From Vairimorpha necatrix (Eukaryota): a stretch of DNA of 64,000 nucleotides. Both the position numbers and the translations under genes were made by a program. The DNA is taken from positions 744,001 through 808,000 of the forward strand of contig CP142728.1 in the NCBI GenBank assembly GCA_036630325.1. Reading direction: 5' to 3'. Below the pieces are notes generated by a model, which was not told where the DNA came from, did no database searches, and was given only the letters and a program-made list of their open reading frames with translations. Positions 50,970-62,942 of the stretch are shown piece by piece (within the stretch, counting starts at the first letter, position 1; the number at the start of each line of letters is the position of its first letter).

Positions 50970-53900
50970 TGTCGTACCTCCTGCGGAAGTACAACTCCAA
51001 TAAAGATAAGTTTTGAGTAAATAGTTTATTTCTCTTATCTTCCATACCCCTAAGTATGGAATTTTCTTTTATAGTTTTTTTTTGTTTGTTTACCGGGTAA
51101 ACAAATCAAGAAATGTCAAAAATGATATGTTTGACATGTGGGATACCACATCCTACCCTCTTCTTTTAATGTCCTTTATGTGGATCCAGTTGCCTCCTTC
51201 TTCTACTTTAACCCAGTTTCCTTTCTTCCCAACCTCTTTGATCGTACAGGGTCCTTTATATTGTTCATCCATTTTCCCAGCTTTGAAATCTCTTACAAAT
51301 ACTTTATCATTTATTTTTAATTTTTTATCGTTATTCTGGTTCAGTGTGGCTGGAACTGATTTGTATTTTGGTTCCTTTAGGTGGCTTTGTCGTCTGAATG
51401 GGTCAAAAAAGCTGTATTGTTTCTCTAATTCGAATGGAGAACATCCAATAGTTCTTTTGTAATTTACGTTAAGTTTAATGTTAATTTTATTTGTTATGTC
51501 GTTGATGTTATTTAGCTTGTTTATCCTTAGACATTCAGCTATTATACTGTTTTGCCTTTCTGCCATTCCGTTGCTTTGTGGATGGTATATTGGAGTGTTA
51601 ACGAGTTTAATTCCTCTACTTTTCTCATATTTTTCTCTGAGTTTTTCTCCGGTAAATTGTGTGCCATTGTCCATGATAATTTTTTCTGGCTGTTGAAATT
51701 CTTGTATCCATTTATCTATACATTTTAATATTGTACCTTCCGTTATGTTATATAGAAGGTATACCCTTGAAATTCTTGAGTAAACGTCTGTTATGCAAAG
51801 GTAATAAGCCTTATAATGGATTGTATCATGTTCAAAATTTTCAAGTTCAAATGGTCCAAATATGTCCATGGCTATTGTTCCGTAAATTTTATCAGATTCG
51901 ATCTGTAATTTCTGAGTTTTGACTTTCTCTTTCTTATTTAAGTTACACATTCTGCAATTTTTTGTTATTGCTATTATTTTGTTCTTTAATCCAATTATGT
52001 TGTAGAAAGGAGAGAGATTCTTGTTTAATACTACGATTCCTGGGTGGCCGGCTAGTTCATGTATTTTCGTTAGAAAATTTTCTGCTTCGGTGTTTTTGAT
52101 CATTATTTTGTCATCTTTATTTCTTTCCCAGTTTTCCTTTCCGGATTTATCGTCTGATATTTTTTCTACATATTGTTCTATTATATTCGTAAGGTTATTT
52201 CCATGTCTGACATTTTCTATTTTAAAACATCTTGATAGGTAGTCAGCTACTGAGTTATTCTCTCCTGCGATTTGTTTTATGCAGTAATTGTGCTCTATCA
52301 TCATCGCATCCCATCTTTTTATTTTTCTGCTTATTTTGCTTTTAAATAGACAATTCCTGTTATCTGTATAGATTTCGACGTAATTTCCGAGTACTATGTT
52401 TCTGCACTTATCCATCGCGTATACTATTGCAAAGTATTCTTTTTCCACTATTGTATAATTTCTTTCAGTTTTATTAAATTTCATGCTTATATTTAAAATT
52501 ATTCCGTGTTCTTGTGATAGTACTGCGCCCATTCCTAGTTCAGAGGCGTCGCAATGTAGTGTAAATTTTTTACTGTAGTCTGGCAGTACTAGATGGCTAT
52601 TGTTCTTTAGTGTACTTACTAATTTGTTTATTATTAGATTGTCTTCTTTTGTTAGCTTGACTTTTTTTTCGTTTCCTTTTAGCTTTTCGGTTAAGCTTAG
52701 AATTTCTAGACTTAAGTTTGGAATGTATTTTCTGTACCAATTAAATATACCAATTATTTTTTGCAGGTCTTTTTTAGTGTGGCATTTCATGTTTTCTGTT
52801 AGTTTACAGTCTTTCGTGAGAGGGTACATTTTTCCGTTAAAAATTCTTGTTCCTAGGATTTCGGTGTCCTTTGTGCAAAACTCTGATTTTGCGAAATTTA
52901 CATTTACATTGTAATGTTTCAATCTTGTGAACAGTTCTTTAAGCGTATTGAGGTGTGATTCGTAGTCCTTTGTGGCAATTATTATGTCGTCTATATATAC
53001 TGAAATGTTATTTATCCCGAAAAGTATTTTGTTCATGATTTTCTGAAAAGCTTTTGGTCCATTTTTTAATCCAAAAGGAAGTCTTTTGTACCTGAATGTT
53101 TTACCAAATATCGAAAATGCTGTCCATTTTCTGCTATCTTTTGCTAGGAGTAATTGATTAAACCCGTTTGTCAAGTCTAATTTGCTTATTACTTCGCTTT
53201 TACCAAGTTGATAAATAATATCGTCCATTTTGGGTATTATTTCCACTTCATCTTCAACAAAGTTATTTATTTCTCTATAGTCTACTATTAATCTCATTTT
53301 CCCATTTTTCTTTTTCTTAAAAAATGCGGGACTTGTGTATCTTTCATTACATTCTTCTATTATGTCAGCGGTTATAAGTCGTTGTATTTCGGCTATTGCA
53401 TCTTCTTTAAAGTTTGATGGTACGGCATAGTTAATTTTCTTACATTTTATGTCGTTGTTTGAAACTTGTAATTTAACGTGATCTGTGTTTATAGGACAAT
53501 TTTCTTTGATTTCTCTTTTATAATTATCTATAATTTCCCTAAGTCTTTCTTCTTCCTTAGTGATAAGTATTTTTCCTGGGGTTTTTTCGAATTCTGTTTC
53601 TTCTGCATTTGTTTTCATATTTACGGTTGCGTTGTTCCAGATTATTTTCTTTCTTGTAAAATCTAATATAATATCGTTTCTCGATATGAAATCTCTACCA
53701 AGTATAATATTGACTGGTAGGTTTTTTAATAAGTAAAATTCAATCTTGCATGTCTCGTTTTGATCCTTTAATTTTAAGTCGAGTTCTATTGTAGTGTTAG
53801 TTTTTTCACTAGATTTATTACCGAACATTACCTGGATCTCTTTGTTTTCTCTAGTGGTGATGTTCCATTGTTCTACGAGGTCTGCTTTAATAAAGTTTAA

Positions 53901-55066
53901 TCCTGCTCCGCAGTCTATAGTTCCTGTTGACTCGTGTTTTGTGTTGATTATGAGTGGGATATCGAGTTGTTCGACAATGGTAGGATTTTCTAAAATAACA
54001 TAGTTTAAAGAGTTTTTATTTTCCCTGGGCTCTGAAGTCTTTCTCGTTGTATTCTTTAAATTTTGATTGGTATCGGGAACTACTGTCTTTTTGTAGTTGT
54101 TGAATTTTTCGTGTTTTACTTTGCTCATATTCGATCGATTTGTTTCATTGCTTTGCCCGCAGTCTCTCGTTGTATGTCCCAAAGTTTTGTGGACTTTACA
54201 CCATTTTTTCATGAATCTTATACCTGAGGTGTTATTTAGCTTTCTCGGTATGTTAAATCTTGTTATTATGTTTTCTTCAATTCTTTTTAGAGCTGGTATG
54301 ATTTCGGGTAGTGTTTCGAAGTTTTGTTCCTCGAGATATCTTACTGTTTCTAAGCCTAGTCCTCTGTATAGAGATTCCTTTGATCTTCGTTCATATTCTT
54401 TCATGCTACAGTTGGATACTTTACTGTAGATAGTTAATCGATTCATGATTTCGTTTACATAGTCGTCGAAGAAGATGTGGTCAGTCTGTTTGAGATTACT
54501 CAGTTCTGCTATTAAGTTCTCGACCCTTTTCTGTGAAAATACTTTGGACATGATGTATTTTTTGTTCTCTTCATAGTCATCTTTCAATTTGGTTTTATCT
54601 ATAATCTGATCTTCTATAAGATCGTATAAAAAGAGCCTTTTAGTTTCTTCATTCCATTGGTTCCTTTGGAAAATTTCTTCGATCTTTTTGAACCATCCTA
54701 GTAGATCGATTTCGAATATGTCGTTGATCAGTTCTACATTCTTAGTGATTCCTAGATCCACTTCACCTGTCTTAATTCTTATGGTGACTACTTTTGTTTC
54801 TTGAATTTTGGAGTTGTGCCCTGCGATTTCTCTTCCTCGCGTGGGTGGGAGTTCATTATATTTGTACTCTCTTATTGAATTCAATATGTCGTACCTCCTG
54901 CGGAAGTACAACTCCAATAAAGATAAGTTTTGAGTAAATAGTTTATTTCTCTTATCTTCCATACCCCTAAGTATGGAATTTTCTTTTATAGTTTTTTTTG
55001 TTTGTTTACCGGGTAAACAAATCAAGAAATGTCAAAAATGATATGTTTGACATGTGGGATACCACA
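50970..55066 (-). mobile_element. Intact Ty3/gypsy LTR retrotransposon (palindromic-PBS type)
   Basis: LTRs 50970-51150 and 54887-55066 are identical except for one T in a homopolymer; exact TSD GATGC; PPT AAAAGAAGAGGGTAGGA. Confidence 0.98.
51153..54962 (-). CDS. Single uninterrupted Gag-Pol polyprotein (1269 aa from the first ATG)
   Basis: First ATG at 54962 (MEDK), preceded by GGGG. Motifs WCKVHKTLGHTTRDC, IDCGA, YIDD, HCDAS, HELAGH..CRMC, MDIFGP / MDNG / NGMAE and a GPC C-terminal module. Confidence 0.95.
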   Translation of the reverse strand: MEDKRNKLFTQNLSLLELYFRRRYDILNSIREYKYNELPPTRGREIAGHNSKIQETKVVTIRIKTGEVDLGITKNVELINDIFEIDLLGWFKKIEEIFQRNQWNEETKRLFLYDLIEDQIIDKTKLKDDYEENKKYIMSKVFSQKRVENLIAELSNLKQTDHIFFDDYVNEIMNRLTIYSKVSNCSMKEYERRSKESLYRGLGLETVRYLEEQNFETLPEIIPALKRIEENIITRFNIPRKLNNTSGIRFMKKWCKVHKTLGHTTRDCGQSNETNRSNMSKVKHEKFNNYKKTVVPDTNQNLKNTTRKTSEPRENKNSLNYVILENPTIVEQLDIPLIINTKHESTGTIDCGAGLNFIKADLVEQWNITTRENKEIQVMFGNKSSEKTNTTIELDLKLKDQNETCKIEFYLLKNLPVNIILGRDFISRNDIILDFTRKKIIWNNATVNMKTNAEETEFEKTPGKILITKEEERLREIIDNYKREIKENCPINTDHVKLQVSNNDIKCKKINYAVPSNFKEDAIAEIQRLITADIIEECNERYTSPAFFKKKKNGKMRLIVDYREINNFVEDEVEIIPKMDDIIYQLGKSEVISKLDLTNGFNQLLLAKDSRKWTAFSIFGKTFRYKRLPFGLKNGPKAFQKIMNKILFGINNISVYIDDIIIATKDYESHLNTLKELFTRLKHYNVNVNFAKSEFCTKDTEILGTRIFNGKMYPLTKDCKLTENMKCHTKKDLQKIIGIFNWYRKYIPNLSLEILSLTEKLKGNEKKVKLTKEDNLIINKLVSTLKNNSHLVLPDYSKKFTLHCDASELGMGAVLSQEHGIILNISMKFNKTERNYTIVEKEYFAIVYAMDKCRNIVLGNYVEIYTDNRNCLFKSKISRKIKRWDAMMIEHNYCIKQIAGENNSVADYLSRCFKIENVRHGNNLTNIIEQYVEKISDDKSGKENWERNKDDKIMIKNTEAENFLTKIHELAGHPGIVVLNKNLSPFYNIIGLKNKIIAITKNCRMCNLNKKEKVKTQKLQIESDKIYGTIAMDIFGPFELENFEHDTIHYKAYYLCITDVYSRISRVYLLYNITEGTILKCIDKWIQEFQQPEKIIMDNGTQFTGEKLREKYEKSRGIKLVNTPIYHPQSNGMAERQNSIIAECLRINKLNNINDITNKINIKLNVNYKRTIGCSPFELEKQYSFFDPFRRQSHLKEPKYKSVPATLNQNNDKKLKINDKVFVRDFKAGKMDEQYKGPCTIKEVGKKGNWVKVEEGGNWIHIKDIKRRG

Positions 55067-56071
55067 GATGCATAAAAAAAATAACTCCCGAAATGGCTTT
55101 TCGGGCTCTTAGATTGTAAAGAACAGATTCATGTTTTCTTGAAAACAATACTTTTAATTTGAACAATAAACTTCAAGATGTTCTTTATTGTGCTGAAATT
55201 GAATACAAAGGCCTAGACTGTGAAAATTTATTTGTAGATTCTAAAGAAATCTAAAGGTTTATTGTAATAAAGGGTTCATTTTTTTAAATTATTTTTTTAC
55301 CATTTGGCTGAGGGGTGGAACTCTTATACTAGTATCAGTTTCTTTTTAAAAAGTCATAAAATTCAACTTTTTTTTTTTTTTGGGGGGGGGGTGTTAACTT
55401 AACCCGGAACCCCCGGTAATAAAAAAATAATTATGCAGAAAGGAACATTTAGAATGATATTTACGTACAGGCCTCCTACCTGGTGGCAACACCACAAAAC
55501 TACTTTTAAAAAATTAGAAAGGAAGATGAATTTTAAATCCTTAACTGATGAGGAAAATATTGAAGAAATCTTAGACAAAGCAGAGACGGATATAATTATA
55601 GCACACGAACGCTTTAAAGAGACAAAAACTAAGGAAGATCATGTACGACGCATGAAATGAATACGGCTTCCCCATTTCAATAAAAAACATCTAAAAGAGA
55701 ATTTTAGAAAGAAGAACGTGTTACGATTTTTTATAAGGATAGAAAATGAAAAGAAACTATCATTAACGATTACGAGCTAATTATTTGAGTTTAGTTGCCT
55801 TGGATTAAAGATGTTAAGAGTTGAGTGGAAAAGGCAACACTGGAGTTAAAAAAAAATGATGAAGTATTATAGACACTATAAAGAAGATAGAGATCATCAA
55901 GTGATAATCCGACTACAGAGATATAATACGAAACCAGGTAACGGTATAATGCAACGAGTACGATAAAAAACAGCTGAATTACGTCGAAACGGCTAATGCA
56001 ATATTTAAAAGAATTAAGTTTATATCGAGGGTCATCAGTTTTGGCTATTTTGACAGACGATTAGAATATAG

Positions 56072-58570
56072 TGTGGTGCGAGCTGCCTTCCTGGCCGCTC
56101 GGCTTGTTTAAATAGTTTACGTTTGTATAATTTTTATTGACTCTTTTAGTTTTCATAACTTGGTGAAGGGCTAGAAATTCATCCTTTTATGTTTTATTTT
56201 TAATAAATGTCAAGCATGTCAATTATTGGAGGGAAAGCTGGTCTCTTATACAGCTTTCCATATTTTGACATTATTCACTAGGTTAGACATTTTCTTATTC
56301 GTCATTTGTTTGTTGACGAAGACGTATTTGTTTACGTCTATGACTCGGCTGTAATTGAGATATGACAGCCGGGGGGGGGGGGGGTTCGAGTATTAGAGTC
56401 TCACTGGGCTTGTCATAGGGACAGGAAGGATGTCGTGTGACACACTCCCCTCCTTTCGAAGGATCCACTCTGCTGGATCTGATTCTTCAATCCACATGAT
56501 ATCCTTCCTATTCACTTTGTATTCTTTCTCGTCTAGTAAATAGTTCCTATACAGTCCATCTCCACCCAACCTTTTATTAAGTCTTGCAATTTCCTCGCGG
56601 TTAGTATTAAATTTCCTAATTTTTTTAATCAATAGTTTTTTTCTTTTAAATATTTTGAGGAATCTTTTGTCCCTTCGTCTTGTATGTGACTGTTGATATT
56701 TTTTCTTTTTGTTTGGTGTAACATTATCTTTTATTTTGGTAAGCGTTTCTAATGGTTTATTTGTTAAAGGTATAGGCTGTCCTGGTTTAGTTGTAGGTGC
56801 CACAAGTTTTTTTACGCTTAAAGTTGATCTCAAGGGTTTCTGTTTGTTTTCTACTACCCCGCGTTGGGAAACACAGTCCACGTCATTTATTTTAACGTTT
56901 TCGTCTGTTAAATTTGATTAACTTCTTTTGTCCTTTTGCGACTTTCGAGATTTTCTTCTTGTTCATCTCCTGTTATTTTACTTGGATGGTTCTTATATTT
57001 CACTTCATCTTGTAAATGTTTAGTGTTAATAATTAATTTTAAATTCAGTTTGGGCTTATTAAACATTTCTTTTTTACCTATAGATTTCTTTGTATCGTTT
57101 TTCCGAACTTTCTGTTTTTCTAACTTAATGTTACTGTCCTTACTCTTTAGTTCCTCAGCTTTTTTGAAACCAGCACTGACTTTTGTTTCTCGGGGTTGTT
57201 TCTTTTCTTTCCCGTATGTGTGATGTAATCAAATAGTTCTAGTTTGTTGATTTCCTCTATCCCGAGTATCAGTTCCTCTTCTACTTCTTCTAGAACTTGA
57301 CACTTTACTGCTTTTATGTCGTTTTTTCTTTTAATGTGAAGTGTAGTTTCTCCATAGACTGTCGTTTCTCCATTTATTCCCTTGATACTTAAATTCGTTG
57401 ACGCAATGTGAACTTTTAACTCCTCAGCTATATCTTTTCTGATTATCGAATCAGTTGCACCCGTGTCCAAGAGTGTGTTTATTTTTAAAGGCCCGGTTTG
57501 TAGTAGTACTCGCGGCCTGTCGTCATCTTTGTTGTTAATCGATGTAACAATTTGTATAGCTTTTGTTTTATAGTTCGGTTCAAATTCTCCTTTCACTCTC
57601 TTTTCATATATCATGTCTTTTGTATCATGATTATTTAGTTTACTTTTTACATTAAAGTTTATCTTCTGTTCGTATCTCTTACAGAAGTTGAGTATATCTC
57701 CCCAAGTAGTGCATCCCTCGATTTTATCTAATAAATAGTAATCGTTGCCTAGATACTCCATTATCTTATTAGTGGCATTTCTTATCTTCTTTTTGTTTCT
57801 TTCAGAAGATTTCATTAATTCGTATACGTATGTTATAATGTCTTGATATTTTGGGCCATTCAAGATTAAGTGCCAAAATACTTGTTCGTTGTCTTCGGCT
57901 TCTGGTGCCGGTAAATATTCTTCTTCAAATTCTTTTTTGAAACTCTCATAATCACAAATTTCGAAGCCTTCCTTTGCTTCAAACCATGCAAGAGCTTTAA
58001 ATTCGAGTTTAGTTTTGATTATTTTGAAGATTTGTTCTGGTGTTTTCTCACCCTCTAATTCAATAAATTGTTGTATGAAGTCTCTGGGGGTTTTCTCCTC
58101 TAGTTCCCTTAAATTTATAAAATCTTTCTGTAGTTAGCATCCCTGCTAACTTTTAATAACACTCCCTATGTTATCCTCGGCATTCGCGTTGTCGCCATTG
58201 TGGTGCGAGCTGCCTTCCTGGCCGCTCGGCTTGTTTAAATAGTTTACGTTTGTATAATTTTTATTGACTCTTTTAGTTTTCATAACTTGGTGAAGGGCTA
58301 GAAATTCATCCTTTTATGTTTTATTTTTAATAAATGTCAAGCATGTCAATTATTTGAGGGAAAGCTGGTCTCTTATACAGCTTTCCATATTTTGACATTA
58401 TTCACTAGGTTAGGCATTTTCTTATTCGTCATTTGTTTGTTGACGAAGACGTATTTGTTTACGTCTATGACTCGGCTGTAATTGAGATATGACAGCCCCC
58501 CCGGGGGGGGGGTTCGAGTATTAGAGTCTCACTGGGCTTGTCATAGGGACAGGAAGGATGTCGTGTGACA
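56072..58570 (-). mobile_element. Non-autonomous LTR element (gag and protease only)
   Basis: About 371-bp near-identical LTRs (56072-56442 and 58199-58570), exact TSD TATAG, PBS TGGCGACAAC, PPT AAAGGAGGGGAG, LLDTGA protease. No RT or RNase H motifs in the 1.76-kb interior. Confidence 0.93.
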
Positions 58571-58584
58571 TATAGATTTATAAC

Positions 58585-58843
58585 TGTGGTATTATCCGCA
58601 TGTTAAGAAAATTTTTTTTTCTTGCAAAAACTTTTCTAGAAAAAATGAATTAACAAGAATTTTATTTTTTATAAATGCATATTTTAGAAAAGAAGGGTAT
58701 TAGCTGCGAGAGGTGAAATTCTAAGCAAAGCTATGACGGGTCAAAACTAAACAAAGACCAATGCAAGCCAGAGGAGCCGTCGCCTTCAATAAAAATTATT
58801 TTAAAATTATTAAAAATGAGCAAAGTACCTAGCGTTAACGTCT
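58585..58843 (+). mobile_element. Solo LTR of the 27639-31754 family
   Basis: TGTGGTATTATCCGCA...TAACGTC, collinear with the 257-bp LTR; no TSD recognised. Confidence 0.85.
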
Positions 58844-59169
58844 GTTAGGTTAGATATGTAGAAATATTACAAATGAATATATGTTTATTAATTTTATAGT
58901 CGAATCAGATACAGTAATTGTTTTTATAAAGCTAAAAAACAATAATCACTCATCTTAATAGGAAGAAAAAAATAAAAAGCTTAAGAGCTTGCAATATATC
59001 ACAGAATTATTAGTGACTAATCTTGATCTAAGGGTTAAATATGGAAAAAACGTAATAATGTCAGCTGTCAGAAAAAAATAATTTTAGCAAGCATTATAAG
59101 TTACACAAGGAAAAAATGATTTTATGCGAGTGAATGATTATGATTTGTCATTAATATCTTTAAACTACT

Positions 59170-60610
59170 ATTTTCTAACTCAATATACAATTTTTTTTAG
59201 TGTGTAATCAATCTTATACATACTTTTTACATGGTTTTTTTAATAGTGTAGAAATATATATGACCATAATATAACCAACAGATATTCTTTTGTTTGTATT
59301 TATTATCATGTATTATTGTAAATATGTTTTTAAAATATTACCTTTGTAAAAACACAGTTTTAAAATAGTATAAAAATGTTTTTAGAATTTTTTAAACCGT
59401 AACAAAAATTGAATAAACATTTAACCATCGGAAAATGCAAAAATGTATTGATCAAACAATGAACTTTTAAATTTTTGTTTGAAATCATTGTATTGTATTT
59501 AATTTATGATTTTAATTTTATTTGACTATTGATATGTTGCTTAGAAGTACTTTCTAAATATCATGTTTTTGTAATGTCAATCTTGTGTTCGGATTTTGTT
59601 AATATTAATGCGTGTATGAGTAAAGTAAGAAGATTGATTTTATAAAACCCTCCTTATATTCATAATCAATATTTGTCTGGTTTATATCTATTAATTACAA
59701 TGGCCATCTATCGTATCTTTTGTATCTAATTGATAATATTCATTATCCATTCTTATATATCTTAAATCTTATTTTATATATCCACAGAATCAAATTTCTT
59801 GTTTGTATAATATATCTATAATCCTTTTCTGTATATATCTGTATCTATAATCTTTTTTTCTATATATCTATAACTATAATCTTTTTTTTTCTATATATAT
59901 ACAATAAATTATATTTTTTGTGTTTATTTTCTATATAACGATTATCTTTTCTCTTTATTATATGACGTATATAACACCATCATCAATTATACTTTTGAAT
60001 TTATTCCCATACTAATGAAAATATAATTGATGAAAGTAATATATGTTAGTAAACATATAAAAAAGAACATCGATTTAAATTAAAAAACACAAAAAATATA
60101 ATTTATAATATATACATAGTTCAAAACATAAGAAGTTTTTTAAAGCATCCCCTTTTCACTTACTGCATACACGCATTATCATTAACAAAATCCGAACACA
60201 AGATTGACCTTAAAAAAAATGATATTTAAAAAGTACTTCTAAGAACATATCAATATTCAAATAAAATTTAAATCGCAAATAAAATACTGTACGAATGTTT
60301 TCAAACAATCATTAAAAGTTCATTTTTGCTTATACATCTTTGCGTTTTCATTTTTCGATGGTTATAAAGTTTTTTTCAATTTTTAAAAGGTTTAATAAAA
60401 TTCTAAAAACTATTCTAATACTTATTTTGAAACTGTGTTTTACGAATATAATAACTTAAAAAGATATTTACAATAACACATGAGAGTAAACACGGCAGAA
60501 AAAATATCTAATTGTTTCAATATGGTCATATTCACCACCATACTATTAAAAAATAGGCAAAAAACAAATATATTAGAGACACAATTACAAATAATAGAAA
60601 AATATGAGTA
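59170..60610. repeat. Long diverged inverted repeat (arms about 59170-59625 and 60160-60610)
   Basis: For example GTCAATCTTGTGTTCGGATTTTGTTAAT versus ATTAACAAAATCCGAACACAAGATTGAC; collinear similarity extends about 450 bp. Confidence 0.85.
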
Positions 60611-62942
60611 ATAAAAATAAACAAATCCTTTTTTATACAAAGTTCTTCCTTCTTCAATACAAAATTTATGTCAATAAGTAAATGTTTATATGAATCATGT
60701 AGACATGACAGCCTTCAGGCATTTTTAAGCAAAAAAATGTAAACGAGTAACAATTTTTAAATAGCGCTTCGGACCAATTTGCGCATAAACAAACACCTTT
60801 AATGAACAAAATATTCAATCGACTGGAAAATATATAAAGAATAATTCTTTCTTTGATTTTCTTGTTATTGTTTGGTTGAATATTTATGTTTGGCATAAAT
60901 AATATACTTAAAAAATGATATAATATCAAATTGGATGAATAATTTTTTTTAAGGGTAAAAAATTATTTATGTAAAGCAAGACATGATAGGTCAGTCACTG
61001 CTTTACAGTGTAAAAGAACAAATGAAGATTGCTAACATTTATAATTGTGTAAATTTTAAGGGCTGCAATTCTACGACATGTCAATTTTCTCATTTTTATT
61101 AAAAATTGAATTGTATATAAAATTAATTTTTACAAACATTTTTCTTAGAAAGAAGGGAACAAAAAAAATCAAATGAAAGAAATGGAAATTAGAAGTCAAT
61201 ACAGATTAGTTTTTTCCAAAATTGTCTAAAAAACAGTAGAGTTTTTTTACTCACCGATAATGTTTCTGAATCCACAATAAATAAAATAAACAAACATGAC
61301 GAAATCGAAACTAACATTATGCAGAATAAGTATTTCAAAGATCAATATCATACACGAACTAAAAATTTTTTATGTGTAGAACTATGTATACCTCATAGGT
61401 ATAAGTTGTGTTCTGATTTAAATGTTTAATTGATATCTAATGTACCAAAAACTTATCTAATAATCTTTTTAAAATAACAAGAACCTAAAAAATATAGTAT
61501 TTTGCTAAATTTAATATAAAAAGAAGCTAGTGTCAAGTGTGCATTAATTAGGATATTCTATAGTTTATGTATGAGGGTGCTTTTCTTGAAGGAACATGGT
61601 ATTGCGTTAGTCTAGATTTCTGAGGTGTAATTGTATTGATTTGTCATTAAAGACTATTTGTTAATTAAGCAGTAAAAATTTAACTATGGCTTTTAAGTGT
61701 GTGTTTTCCATTTGTAAATGACTTTATTGGTTCGCTCTAATAGATGTCTACAAAACAGACAAAGTTAGAAATCTACAAAGATAATTTCATGATAAATCGA
61801 AACTGGGAATTGGCACTATTATAAAAAACTTAAACGCAGTTTACGAAACAAAAATTTGCTGTAAGCAACTTCAAGCATACATTAAAAAAATTCAGATTAA
61901 CAAACAATAAAAATATTAGACCCTTATAAAAAACCTTTTGCTATATCTGAACGTTATTCATGATTAGGGCTGCCATAGAACTTTTTTTCTTAATGAAATT
62001 TCTATTTTTTTATATATGCGTAAGTATAATATTAGAACGTATTTTTTGTGTGAACCAAAAGCTAAAATTTTTTTAGATAAATCGTCAATACCTATATTAT
62101 GATTTAAATTTTATATAGATGTTAAAGTATGCTCGCACTAATATTAAACTGTAACAATTTTGCTTTATTTATAATTTTATTAAATCATAGCGACGTTAAT
62201 TAAGGTTGTTTCGCTGTAACATCTAATTAAATATTGCTATTAAATTAATAAGGGTTAAACATAAAATAACAACACCTCTCCCTATGCGATACCCTTTCCT
62301 ATAAATATACTTAACTACTATTTTCCTAAATTCATAGTGTCTGTTAGTTTATGTTCCTCGTTTTTAAGAACATTATAAGAATCTTTTGTATACACTTCAA
62401 CATATTAGCCCACATAAAAACGGAGTTTATTAAATTGTCAATTTTTTTATATTTACAATTTAAGCTTAAATTTCTCGTTATAATTTAACTATTCTCTATA
62501 TCAATTCCAAAATATCTAGAATTTTTTTTTGTAAGACTATTTACTATCATCCATACATCGGCCTTATATTTCCCCAAATTATCAAAAAAGTATTGTACAG
62601 CATGATAAATTAAAAAAAAATACTCGCTCCTTCTTGATTGTCCTATTGACTCTAGATATTATTTCTAGTGGTTCGGATATTCTTCTAATTCTTTCAGTTG
62701 CTTCATATTCCATCCCTTTTTTATTAGCTTCAAACTCATACGTTTTTTATCCATTTTTATCATCTATTTTTCATCTCATAATGCTTATTTTCACTTTTGT
62801 TTCGTTGAATTTAAATTAATTGAATATTTTCTTCTCAATCAGTTTTTGAACTCTAGAAATAAAGAAAAACGATACGAAGAAAGATTATAACTTATCTACA
62901 TAAAGCATTTTTAAATAAATACTCACAATTATAGCTAGTTAA

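Larger units (their letters stand above)
50530..55416 (+). mobile_element. 5'-truncated pogo/Tigger-like (DDE_1) transposon, interrupted by the LTR element at 50970-55066
   Basis: LLILDNYKSH and TTSYLQPLDVLINSSFK motifs; the reading continues after the insertion (CIKKITPE); a probable right terminus ends ..CCCCGG followed by TA. Confidence 0.75.
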
